64,000 nucleotides of DNA, taken from an uncultured Erysipelotrichaceae bacterium. Lineage in GTDB: Bacteria > Bacillota_I > Bacilli_A > Erysipelotrichales > Erysipelotrichaceae. Below, in pieces: positions 42,159 through 50,772 of the stretch. The notes under the pieces were generated by a model. It made no database searches. It was not told where the DNA came from and saw only the letters and a program-made list of their open reading frames with translations. The stretch spans positions 6,613 through 70,612 of the forward strand of contig CAYJJS010000004.1 of assembly GCA_964370645.1 (NCBI GenBank), given 5' to 3'. Numbering within the stretch: the first letter of the stretch is position 1; each line of letters starts with the position of its first letter. A program made the position numbers and the translations under genes.

Positions 42159-42756
42159 GCACTTCTAAACTTTTCTCATACTGTGTCGCAATTGGGTATC
42201 CCTTTAGCACACCTGCCTTAGCCAATGCATCACACAGGCACTTCACAATTATTGTAGAAAATAAAAGTGCACTGATATAACGTACAACAAACATTGCTAT
42301 CAATAAAGTCACTTCTAATTCTGTAAATCCAGAACGATAAAACCCCCAAATAAAACTAGTAATAGTACATCCCAAAGAGGCAAGTGCCATTACCTTAAAA
42401 TTATACCTCTTATACTTTGTTGCCCCAAAGGCTACTTCTGCACCAATACCTTGGATAAAACCAGATACAAATACAATTGGTCCATACATATTCCCCATTA
42501 ACACTTCTAAAAAGGCTGCCAAAATCTCTGCAACTATAGCTACTCCAGGCTTACGAATAATATATGGGGCCATCGTTGCTGCCATAAACCAAATTCCAAA
42601 AAATATTTCATTTGCAAAAACTCCAAGCCCCATTGGTGTCAATACGGCATGTAGTGCGATCGATCCATATACTGCTCCTAAATAAATGGCTGCAAATACA
42701 ACTGCAATTACCCCAATCATAATAATATCTTGTAATTTCCATGTATAACTTTTCAT
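42145..42756 (-). CDS. ykoE: ECF substrate-specific (S) component, YkoE-like (HMP/thiamine)
   Basis: About 200 aa with 6 TM segments. The start is set to MKSYTWKL, which has an AAGGGGGAA RBS. Operon context plus the TPP riboswitch. Confidence 0.7.
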   Translation of the reverse strand: MKSYTWKLQDIIMIGVIAVVFAAIYLGAVYGSIALHAVLTPMGLGVFANEIFFGIWFMAATMAPYIIRKPGVAIVAEILAAFLEVLMGNMYGPIVFVSGFIQGIGAEVAFGATKYKRYNFKVMALASLGCTITSFIWGFYRSGFTELEVTLLIAMFVVRYISALLFSTIIVKCLCDALAKAGVLKGYPIATQYEKSLEVHDYS

Positions 42757-42758
42757 CC

Positions 42759-43376
42759 TTATTCCCCCTTTGTTGGACTGTTTACACTCAAAGTAGCTTG
42801 CAATACATAATGTGAACATGTTGTATCTACAAGTGCTAAAGCATCTTCATAAAATTTTAATATCGCTTGTACATCCCCTTGTAATATAGTTACATAATGC
42901 GCCGACTTTACATATAATCCATAATCTTTTGCCATGTTCACCACATCTATAATTTCTTGCATATACGATTCTTTTCCAAGTGGATATAAAGAAATTTTGG
43001 ATATCACATCAAAATGTATGTCTTTATATGAATCATAGTTTACTAATACATCATCCTCACTCATAAAACAATCCGCATCACTATCTCCTGGACACCCTTT
43101 TGAGAATGTCATTTCACAAACTGCATGTATTTCTTCTCTATACGCATGTATAAAACAAGCGCTTAATGCATCTAACACATGATTTCTTTTCCCCCTATAA
43201 ATCGTAGACAACGCATCACTCTCACTCCAAACTTTACTTGTATCAACCTTTTGAATCCCGCTTAAAATAATATCAACATAAACATCACTCATAATTGATA
43301 AACTAAATCGACATCCGCTGATGTCTAGGGTTGCTCCCTTTGTACTCCATGGGCACCCACAATGTTTCTTTTCCAT
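42759..43376 (-). CDS. ykoF: YkoF-like thiamine/HMP-binding protein
   Basis: About 205 aa soluble protein, first gene after the TPP riboswitch, in the same order as Bacillus ykoFEDC. The track ORF start (43466) lies inside the riboswitch, so the start is moved to the ATG at 43376. Confidence 0.6.
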   Translation of the reverse strand: MEKKHCGCPWSTKGATLDISGCRFSLSIMSDVYVDIILSGIQKVDTSKVWSESDALSTIYRGKRNHVLDALSACFIHAYREEIHAVCEMTFSKGCPGDSDADCFMSEDDVLVNYDSYKDIHFDVISKISLYPLGKESYMQEIIDVVNMAKDYGLYVKSAHYVTILQGDVQAILKFYEDALALVDTTCSHYVLQATLSVNSPTKGE

Positions 43377-43391
43377 ACATTTCCCTTTCCG

Positions 43392-43426
43392 AATAAAAAA
43401 ACCGTCCTGCGGATAACGCAAAACGG
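43392..43426 (-). terminator. Riboswitch expression-platform terminator
   Basis: Minus-strand CCGUUUUGCG-UUAUC-CGCAGGACGG (10 bp including 2 G-U pairs) followed by U7, between the aptamer and the ykoF RBS. Confidence 0.7.
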
Positions 43427-43435
43427 CAATGAAAA

Positions 43436-43525
43436 AAATCCATATCCCTACGTTGGCATTATCCAAATCAGGTTTAGGGTCGAAGTCGAACTTCCTCTCA
43501 GCGTATTAGCTCCCCTTTGTATTCT
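43436..43525 (-). promoter_or_regulatory. TPP (THI-box) riboswitch aptamer
   Basis: The minus strand reads GGGGAGCUAAUACGCUGAGAGGAAGUUCGACUUCGACCCUAAACCUGAUUUGGAUAAUGCCAACGUAGGGA. The conserved CUGAGA, ACCUGAU, GGAUAAUGCC and GUAGGGA elements are all present. Confidence 0.9.
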
Positions 43526-43530
43526 TATTC

Positions 43531-43559
43531 AGTATACAAGATTGGTACGTTGTTGTCAC
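43531..43559 (-). promoter_or_regulatory. Promoter of the riboswitch-ykoFEDC operon (GTGACA-17-TATACT)
   Basis: Hexamers with 17-nt spacing immediately upstream of the aptamer. Confidence 0.5.
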
Positions 43560-43641
43560 GATATTTCACAATGCCACCCCATTTATAGTTTACATTTTTT
43601 TCTATATTTGGGATAATACAAGACATACAAGGAGTAACTAT

Positions 43642-44844
43642 ATGCAATATCGAGAATTAGTAAATGGGGCAAAACCAGTATCTGCATTAGGATATGGTTG
43701 CATGCGTTTCCCAAACAAAGGTGGATTCATTGATGAAATAGAGAGTGAACGCCAAATTTTAGAAGCCATAAAACAAGGAGTGAATTATTTTGATACTGCT
43801 TATTTTTATCATAGTGGTAAAAGTGAAACATTGCTTGGTAATCTATTTCAAAAACACAATTTAAGAAAAAAAGTATTTATTGCAGATAAACTTCCCTATC
43901 TATTAGTAAAACAAAACAAAGACATATACAATATTTTTCAAACGCAATTGAAGCGACTACAAACGGATTATATCGATTATTACTTAATGCATATGCTTGA
44001 CAGTTTACAAACATGGCAACAATTAAAATCACTTGGTATCCTAACATTCATTGAAGAACAGAAGCGACTTGGAAGTATTCACCACATAGGTTTCTCTTTT
44101 CATGGTAGACAGGAGGAGTTTATGAAAATCCTAGCAGATTACGATTGGGATTTTTGTCAAATTCAGTTCAACTATTTGGATGAAAATTATCAAGCTGGCT
44201 TGGCTGGTTTACAAGCAGCCTACGACAAAGGAGTTGGCGTTGTGATTATGGAGCCATTGAGAGGTGGTGCTTTGGCCAATAACATACCTGATAAAATCCA
44301 AACACTATTCCAACAATATCCAAACACGTACTCCCCAGCACAATGGGCATTGCGCTGGATTTTCAATCATAAAGAAGTGAGTGTTGTCCTTAGTGGGATG
44401 AATGCCACACAGCAAATTGAAGAAAACATTCATGTAGCATCTACTACACAAATCAATAGTATGAGTGATGAACAACTTCATTTAATTCATAGAGCGAAAG
44501 AAATTTTTCACGAATTGATGAAAGTACCTTGTACAGGATGCAATTATTGTATGCCCTGCCCTTTTGGTGTTGACATTCCAGGAAACTTTAGCGAATACAA
44601 TAACTCTTACTTTTTTAAATCTAGAATGGCAAAAACACATTATATGTCCAAACTAGTAAAAAAAGATGACTTATCTGGTGCAAATTTATGTGTAAACTGC
44701 AAAAAATGTGTAAAACATTGTCCACAAAACATTGATATCCCACAACAATTAAAACAAGTGCACAAACATTTAAGCAACCCAATCATTGTCTTTTTCTTAA
44801 AAATCGTAATGCGATTTGTTGGACCAAAAAAGCAGAAGTCTTAG
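43642..44844 (+). CDS. Aldo/keto reductase with a C-terminal 4Fe-4S ferredoxin-type domain
   Basis: AKR core (GYGCMRF, DTAYFYH, DYYLMH) plus the cysteine clusters CTGCNYCMPCP and CVNCKKCVKHCP. Confidence 0.85.
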   Translation: MQYRELVNGAKPVSALGYGCMRFPNKGGFIDEIESERQILEAIKQGVNYFDTAYFYHSGKSETLLGNLFQKHNLRKKVFIADKLPYLLVKQNKDIYNIFQTQLKRLQTDYIDYYLMHMLDSLQTWQQLKSLGILTFIEEQKRLGSIHHIGFSFHGRQEEFMKILADYDWDFCQIQFNYLDENYQAGLAGLQAAYDKGVGVVIMEPLRGGALANNIPDKIQTLFQQYPNTYSPAQWALRWIFNHKEVSVVLSGMNATQQIEENIHVASTTQINSMSDEQLHLIHRAKEIFHELMKVPCTGCNYCMPCPFGVDIPGNFSEYNNSYFFKSRMAKTHYMSKLVKKDDLSGANLCVNCKKCVKHCPQNIDIPQQLKQVHKHLSNPIIVFFLKIVMRFVGPKKQKS

Positions 44845-44873
44845 TTACTTCTGCTTTTTTCTTCGTATATATA
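44827..44873. repeat. Direct repeat copy A (47 bp) containing a 13-7-13 palindrome/terminator
   Basis: AAAAAGCAGAAGTCTTAGTTACTTCTGCTTTTTTCTTCGTATATATA. Identical to 47822..47868 except for 1 nt in the hairpin loop. Confidence 0.9.
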
Positions 44874-44880
44874 TTTACGC

Positions 44881-47322
44881 TTACAAATATTCTCCAATTA
44901 CACTATTTCTATTTTGCGAAATTTCATAAGGTGTACCTACTGCAATAATGTTTCCACCTTTATCTCCACCATATGGACCCAACTCAATAATATAATCACT
45001 CTTAGCTAATACATCCAAATTGTGCTCAATCACAAACACTGAGTTATTTTTGTCGACTAACTTTTTTAGTAGTAGCAATAGCTTTTCCACATCCGCAGGG
45101 TGAAGTCCACTAGTTGGCTCATCTAACAAATATAAGGTATTTCCAGCTTTTCCTCTTGCCAATTGTTTTGATAATTTCAACCGTTGGCACTCCCCACCTG
45201 AAAGAGTTGTAGTGGATTGTCCAAGCTTAAGATAAGCAAGTCCAACTTCATCAATGACACAAAGTTTTTTATAAATATCCTCATTTTCTTTAAAAAAATT
45301 CAAATTTTCTTGTACCGTCATATTCAAGATATCAGAAATATTTTTATCTTTATATGTAATCGCCAATACCTTCTTTTTAAACCTATGACCTTTACAAACC
45401 GGACATGTCACTTCGATATCCTCTAAAAATTGCATATCCAATGCGATTACACCCAGACCCTCACATTTTTCACAGCGTCCTCCTTTCACATTAAAGGAGA
45501 AATCAGAAGGTTTGAGTTTACTCTTTTTCGCTTCTTTCTGTGTAGAAAACAACTCTCTTATTAGCATATAAACCTCGCTATAGGTTGCAACATTACTTCT
45601 GCTTTGTCTTCCGATTGGACTTTGATCGATTCGAATCATTTCAAAAATGTGTTGTAACCCGTTGATTTGCGATACATTCCTTCTTTGCTCAATGACATCA
45701 AAAACTAGACTACTTTTCCCACTCCCCGAAACACCAGCAAAAGCAACGAAGTGGTTGAGTGGTATATTTACTGAAACATTATTAAGATTATGTGCTGTGG
45801 CATTCTTTACCTCAATAAACTTTTGAGCATTTATTTTTTCATTGTTTGGACTCACTTTTTCTCTTTGCAAATATTTTGCAGTGATTGAGGCTTTACTTTG
45901 AATCACCTCTGATAGTAAACCACTTGCTACTATTTCTCCACCTAAACTACCTGCACCAACACCAAAATCGATGATATGATCACAGGCTTTGACAAAATCC
46001 ATATCATGTTCAATTACGATTACTGTATTTTTAAGATCGCGTAATTTTTTTATTGCCTCTAACAGTTGTAACGTATCCCTTGCATGTAATCCAGTGGTTG
46101 GCTCATCTAAAATATACACTACTCCACTAAGTCCACTTTCTAAGATATTTACAAGGCGAATCCTTTGATTTTCTCCCCCTGAAAGAGTACTTATAGATCG
46201 ATCGATTGAAAGATATTCTAACCCAATCCTTATCATTCCATTGACACGTTTCAGGATGTCGCCAATAACAACTGTAGCAATATCTTTTGCTGATGGACCC
46301 ATGCTATTTTTTGTATTTTCTAAAAAAATAAATAGTGAAGACATTGTATAAGTACTAACTTCACTAATTGTTTTTCCATTCAACTTCGCACTTCTTCCAT
46401 CACTTCCTAACCTTGTTCCCTCACATGTTTGACAAGGTGTACTTACAATAGCCTTTGCAATCACAGGGTTCGCAACTTTTTTTGTAGCCGATTCGACCAC
46501 TTTTTTATTCACAAATGTTCGTAATCCTTCAACATATCCATCCATTACTCTCTTTGGTTTTTTTATATTTGGAAATCGCTTTTTAAAAGCTGCGCTATCA
46601 ACACCATCCAAAAGTACTAGCATTTCAAGTTCATTATAATCTTTAATCGGTTTTGACACATCAAAAGTAAACCCATAATGTTTTCCACAGTTAGCAAAAA
46701 CATTTGCATAATGTTCATCAAAAGTTTTATTACCCCAAATTTTAATAGCACCTTCTCTTATCGTTAGGTTTTCATCTATTAATTTCGAGAAATCAATGTC
46801 CTTCACAACACCAATTCCATTGCACTTTGGACAAGCTCCCTCTACTTTATTGAATGAAAAACTTGCCATCGTTAAATGCGAAATTTTACTTTTACAATGT
46901 GGACAAGATGTATGCGAATAATCTTCTTCCTCCTCAAATGTTGGTGGTATCTCTAATTTACAATTCGGACATATTCTTGTGGCAAGTTTCGCATACAGGA
47001 TACGAAGATACGTTAGTATTTCTGTATATGTTCCTACCGTTGAACGAGGATTTTTCGAAAGTACTCTTTGCCCAATAGAAATAGAGGGAGAAAGACCAAC
47101 AATACTATCTACATGTGGTTTATTTAAACCATCACTCACCATGCCCATAGATTCTAAATATTGCCTTTGACATTCTTTTTGTAAGATATCCATAGCTAGA
47201 CTGCTTTTCCCACTCCCTGATAAACCCGTTAAAGCAACCAGTTTATACTTAGGTATTTGTACTGTAATATTTCTAAGATTATTTTCTTTTGCTCCAGTAA
47301 TTTTTATAAATTCATTTCTCAT
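44881..47322 (-). CDS. UvrA paralogue (short, class II-like excinuclease ATPase)
   Basis: 813 aa with two ABC ATPase modules with interspersed Zn-finger Cys pairs, as in UvrA. It is about 130 aa shorter than canonical UvrA, consistent with loss of the UvrB-binding region. Confidence 0.8.
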   Translation of the reverse strand: MRNEFIKITGAKENNLRNITVQIPKYKLVALTGLSGSGKSSLAMDILQKECQRQYLESMGMVSDGLNKPHVDSIVGLSPSISIGQRVLSKNPRSTVGTYTEILTYLRILYAKLATRICPNCKLEIPPTFEEEEDYSHTSCPHCKSKISHLTMASFSFNKVEGACPKCNGIGVVKDIDFSKLIDENLTIREGAIKIWGNKTFDEHYANVFANCGKHYGFTFDVSKPIKDYNELEMLVLLDGVDSAAFKKRFPNIKKPKRVMDGYVEGLRTFVNKKVVESATKKVANPVIAKAIVSTPCQTCEGTRLGSDGRSAKLNGKTISEVSTYTMSSLFIFLENTKNSMGPSAKDIATVVIGDILKRVNGMIRIGLEYLSIDRSISTLSGGENQRIRLVNILESGLSGVVYILDEPTTGLHARDTLQLLEAIKKLRDLKNTVIVIEHDMDFVKACDHIIDFGVGAGSLGGEIVASGLLSEVIQSKASITAKYLQREKVSPNNEKINAQKFIEVKNATAHNLNNVSVNIPLNHFVAFAGVSGSGKSSLVFDVIEQRRNVSQINGLQHIFEMIRIDQSPIGRQSRSNVATYSEVYMLIRELFSTQKEAKKSKLKPSDFSFNVKGGRCEKCEGLGVIALDMQFLEDIEVTCPVCKGHRFKKKVLAITYKDKNISDILNMTVQENLNFFKENEDIYKKLCVIDEVGLAYLKLGQSTTTLSGGECQRLKLSKQLARGKAGNTLYLLDEPTSGLHPADVEKLLLLLKKLVDKNNSVFVIEHNLDVLAKSDYIIELGPYGGDKGGNIIAVGTPYEISQNRNSVIGEYL

Positions 47323-47735
47323 TTTTCCTCCGACAAATAGTCTGCCATGAAATTCAGTATTTCCATGAACACTATTTTTTTATCCATTGAAAATTGCTCA
47401 TCTACCGCATCCATTAATGAAGCAGCTTTTGCATCCTGACTATTCTCAATTAAATTCTTTGCTAAAGATAAATATGTCACCCTTTTATCTTTTTTTGACT
47501 GTGTTTTTATAATTAGCCCCTTACTTTCAAGTTCATTTACTTTTTGGGTAGTTGCAGGCCTAGATAGATTTAGACGTTGTGCTAATTCACTCACTGTCAT
47601 ATTTTGTTTGTGGTTAATGATAAACAATTGTAAAACATCTGAATAAGACAAACCACTCCCAATTTCACTATCACGAATATTCTTATAACAATCCATATCC
47701 ATCGCACTCATAAATCTAAAATATGCATCTCTCAT
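47319..47735 (-). CDS. MarR-family regulator co-transcribed with the UvrA paralogue
   Basis: 138 aa winged HTH (VSELAQRLNLSRPATTQKVNELESKGLI, DKR wing). 4-nt overlap with the downstream gene. Confidence 0.8.
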   Translation of the reverse strand: MRDAYFRFMSAMDMDCYKNIRDSEIGSGLSYSDVLQLFIINHKQNMTVSELAQRLNLSRPATTQKVNELESKGLIIKTQSKKDKRVTYLSLAKNLIENSQDAKAASLMDAVDEQFSMDKKIVFMEILNFMADYLSEEK

Positions 47736-47748
47736 ACATTACCTCGCC

Positions 47749-47773
47749 ATATAGTTTCAATATTGAAATTATA
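47749..47773. promoter_or_regulatory. Operator-like 25-bp repeat 1, containing the perfect palindrome TTTCAATATTGAAA
   Basis: Read directly from the sequence. Lies 14 nt upstream of the marR ATG. Confidence 0.65.
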
Positions 47774-47795
47774 TCACACACTCAAAAATTCTGCA

Positions 47796-47820
47796 ATATA
47801 GTTTCGATATTGAAATCATA
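47796..47820. promoter_or_regulatory. Operator-like 25-bp repeat 2 (TTTCGATATTGAAA)
   Basis: Differs from repeat 1 at 2 of 25 positions. Centres are 47 bp apart. Confidence 0.6.
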
Positions 47821-47821
47821 T

Positions 47822-47868
47822 AAAAAGCAGAAGTCTTAATTACTTCTGCTTTTTTCTTCGTATATATA
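47822..47868. repeat. Direct repeat copy B (47 bp), bidirectional terminator overlapping the 3' end of the membrane protein gene
   Basis: AAAAAGCAGAAGTCTTAATTACTTCTGCTTTTTTCTTCGTATATATA. Confidence 0.9.
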
Positions 47869-48550
47869 ATTGTTCAATCCAACCTTTTTTATATTTCAAA
47901 GAAATATATCCAATACTTGCTACTACAAATGCACCTAGCGAGTCTACGATTAGATCTGACATTGTGTCACTTAGTGCTGCTCTTCCTACAAATGGAGTTC
48001 CATCCTCTAATCCAAACTTTTGCATATTCAATCCCCACAATCCATCAAACACATATTCATAGACCTCCCAAAATACACCCAGTGTAATTGCGAAGCAAAA
48101 TGCAAATAATGCAACAAATAATGGGCTTAGTTGTATCGAAATCTTTTCAGATTTATTAAATAATGTAATTACGCTAAATCCCATTGCTCCAAGCATTCCT
48201 CCACTAAATGTATGTAAGAAAGCATCCCAATATTTAAAATTATAATAATAACTACGCACTTCCCCTAAGAAAATTGCGCCAAATAAAAATAAGGCATATA
48301 AGATTAACATCCTTGAAGGAATACGAATAGACCAACTTTTTTCTAACCATCCGGGTAGCATCATGGCAAACACTCCCAAAATGCATTGTGCAATCATTAG
48401 CGTATAATGACTTTTAGTTGGTTGATTATTCGTTGCATCCACTACACTTTCTGGTGCGCGTATTACAAGTATGATTAATACCACAAGTGATATGAGTAAA
48501 GTTAAAAACACGCTTAAGGATACTATCTTTTGAACATTAAATTGTTTCAT
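47840..48550 (-). CDS. Hypothetical integral membrane protein (about 6 TM segments)
   Basis: 236-aa hydrophobic ORF. No family confidently recognised. Confidence 0.5.
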   Translation of the reverse strand: MKQFNVQKIVSLSVFLTLLISLVVLIILVIRAPESVVDATNNQPTKSHYTLMIAQCILGVFAMMLPGWLEKSWSIRIPSRMLILYALFLFGAIFLGEVRSYYYNFKYWDAFLHTFSGGMLGAMGFSVITLFNKSEKISIQLSPLFVALFAFCFAITLGVFWEVYEYVFDGLWGLNMQKFGLEDGTPFVGRAALSDTMSDLIVDSLGAFVVASIGYISLKYKKGWIEQLYIRRKKQK

Positions 48551-48636
48551 CTATATTACCTCCATTTAATCTTAATTAAATTATACCAATTTTTTCATAA
48601 AAAATGTATAATATTCTTGTTGTTAGAGGAGATAAT

Positions 48637-49749
48637 ATGAAAAAAAGAACTTACAAAACATCTAATGAAGAAGTATCTTTATTAGGATTTGGTTGTATGC
48701 GTTTTCCTATGAATGAAGATGGTACAATCAATAAAAAAGAAACATTTAAAATGATGGATTATGCATATGAGCAAGGTGTGAACTACTACGATACAGCATA
48801 TCCATACATTAATGGAACGAGCGAAATTATCGTAGGAGAATGGTTAAGTAGCAAAGAACGTAGTTCTTTATATTTAGCGACAAAATCTCCAGTATGGGAT
48901 TTGCATAGTATGGAAGATTTTTATGCGAAACTGAATGAACAATTAAGTAAACTACAAACAGAATATATTGATTATTATTTGCTACATGCGCTAGACAAAT
49001 CTAAATGGGATCAAATTAATGCATTTGATTTAATTGCCCACTTAGATGAAGTAAAAGCATCTGGAAAGGTGAAAAAAATTGGATTTAGTTTCCATGATGA
49101 ATATCCAATGTTTGAAGAAATCTTGAACAGCTACGATTGGGATTTTTGTCAGATTCAATACAATTATATGGACGTAGACTACCAAGCAGGTAAAAAAGGG
49201 TATGAATTAGCAAAGTCTAAAGGAATCCCTGTCATCATTATGGAACCAATCAAAGGTGGACAACTTGCAAATGTACCTCAAGAAATTAAAACATTATTCA
49301 ATGAGGTTGCTCCACAAAAGAGTGACGCCTCTATGGCAATGCGCTTTGTGGGTAGTCATGAACATGTATTAACAGTATTGTCTGGAATGAGCACACTTGA
49401 GCAAGTAAAAGACAATGTGAATACATTTCAAGACTTTGTACCATTTAGTGAAGAAGAATATACTGTCATTGAAAAAGCTCGTAAAATATTTTTAGAAAGA
49501 GTGCAAGTGCTATGTACACAATGTGGATATTGCATGCCCTGTCCTTTTGGTGTAAATATCCCTAGAAACTTCACGATTTTAAATAACTCACACATCTATG
49601 ATAACTTCGCAGGTGGTAAATCAAGATATTGTGACTTAAAGGAAGCCGCAGCACATACTTGTGTAGGTTGTCGTGTTTGTGTTGATAAATGTCCACAACA
49701 CATTGATATTCCTGAGAAATTATTACAAGTGAAAGAAGAATTGCAATAA
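48637..49749 (+). CDS. Aldo/keto reductase with a C-terminal 4Fe-4S domain (paralogue of 43642..44844)
   Basis: Same motif set (GFGCMRF, DTAYPY, DYYLLH, CTQCGYCMPCP, CVGCRVCVDKCP). The start is set to the ATG at 48637, which follows AGAGGAGA. Confidence 0.85.
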   Translation: MKKRTYKTSNEEVSLLGFGCMRFPMNEDGTINKKETFKMMDYAYEQGVNYYDTAYPYINGTSEIIVGEWLSSKERSSLYLATKSPVWDLHSMEDFYAKLNEQLSKLQTEYIDYYLLHALDKSKWDQINAFDLIAHLDEVKASGKVKKIGFSFHDEYPMFEEILNSYDWDFCQIQYNYMDVDYQAGKKGYELAKSKGIPVIIMEPIKGGQLANVPQEIKTLFNEVAPQKSDASMAMRFVGSHEHVLTVLSGMSTLEQVKDNVNTFQDFVPFSEEEYTVIEKARKIFLERVQVLCTQCGYCMPCPFGVNIPRNFTILNNSHIYDNFAGGKSRYCDLKEAAAHTCVGCRVCVDKCPQHIDIPEKLLQVKEELQ

Positions 49750-49751
49750 AA

Positions 49752-49782
49752 GAAAACGCTACGAATTTGTAGCGTTTTTTAT
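49752..49782. terminator. Bidirectional terminator (AACGCTAC-GAATTT-GTAGCGTT) shared by the AKR and DMT genes
   Basis: 8-bp stem with an A-run and a T-run on either side. Confidence 0.6.
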
Positions 49783-50667
49783 TTTCCCTTTGTAATACAT
49801 ATAATATGCTGCTAAGACTACAATTACGTACCCTATAAAACTATATACATCTGGAATTTGACCAAACACCAGATATCCATATAATGCGGAAATGATGATT
49901 TGTGAATAATCATAAATAGAGATCGATTTTGCTGGTGCACTCGCGTACGCGGCAGTTACTGCAAATTGACCCAAACTAGCAAATACCCCTGCTCCTAATA
50001 AATACAGTACTTGCGTACTACTCATCTCTGCATATTGTAAGAATACAAAAGGTGCTAATACAATACATGAGAAGGCACTAAAGAAAAAGACAATCGTGGT
50101 TCCTTTCTCACCTCTACTTGATAACAAACGTATCATCGTATATGCCATACCTGCTGACATTGCACCAAACACTCCGATTAATGAGGCCATACTAGCTAAA
50201 GTTTCACTTGCTGGCATGCTTATAAACATACCTAGTAGTATTTGCGGGTTGATGACTAAAACACTCCCTAGAAAGGCTACAATGATCGCTGAAGCCTGCC
50301 ATAACTTTATTTTCTCTTTCAAAATAAGGAAAGAAAAAATAATGACAAAAAAAGGTGTTAGTTTATTTATCATCGTTGCATCTGACAATAATAAGTTTTC
50401 AATTGCATAAAAGTTAAACAGTACTCCCATTGTACCAAATGTGGAACGCAGCAGTAAAAATTTTAGATTTCCTTTTTGAATATGTAAACCTTGACGTTTT
50501 TTTATAAGTACACCACCTGCTATTACGAAAGCAACCACATTACGAAATAAACTCTTCTGTAAAACTGGTACGTCTCCTGATAATTGCACAAATAAACTCA
50601 TTGTTGCAAAACTTAATGCAGACAATAAAATAAATATAATTCCTTTTGTTCTTTGATTCATATACAT
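49759..50667 (-). CDS. DMT-superfamily (EamA) transporter
   Basis: 302 aa with 10 TM segments and two EamA repeats. Confidence 0.8.
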   Translation of the reverse strand: MYMNQRTKGIIFILLSALSFATMSLFVQLSGDVPVLQKSLFRNVVAFVIAGGVLIKKRQGLHIQKGNLKFLLLRSTFGTMGVLFNFYAIENLLLSDATMINKLTPFFVIIFSFLILKEKIKLWQASAIIVAFLGSVLVINPQILLGMFISMPASETLASMASLIGVFGAMSAGMAYTMIRLLSSRGEKGTTIVFFFSAFSCIVLAPFVFLQYAEMSSTQVLYLLGAGVFASLGQFAVTAAYASAPAKSISIYDYSQIIISALYGYLVFGQIPDVYSFIGYVIVVLAAYYMYYKGKIKNATNS

Positions 50668-50772
50668 TCTCCTAATAACCTATTCTATTGTACTCTTTTT
50701 CATTCAATTTACAAGAAGTATACACTACATAAAAAAAGAAATGCTTAACGCATTTCTTTTCATTCCCCTAAT

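Noticed and set aside
43377-43466. N-terminal extension of the ykoF ORF
   Set aside because: It would be translated from within the TPP aptamer and terminator. The ATG at 43376 has its own RBS after the terminator.
44827-44860. Interpreting the 13-7-13 palindrome purely as a recombination site
   Set aside because: It is not rejected outright, but the default explanation is a bidirectional rho-independent terminator (A5 - stem - T6). Only the duplication is unusual, so the recombination-site idea is kept as a hypothesis in the findings.
1404-50410. Many 60-140-aa track ORFs antisense to or overlapping long genes (e.g. 1404..1601, 2513..2794, 15399..15743, 21735..22016, 37010..37312, 40946..41362, 50096..50410, 62710..63024)
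   Set aside because: They lie entirely inside well-supported genes on the opposite strand. They have no RBS and low-complexity, hydrophobic or Cys/His-rich compositions typical of antisense frames in AT-rich DNA.
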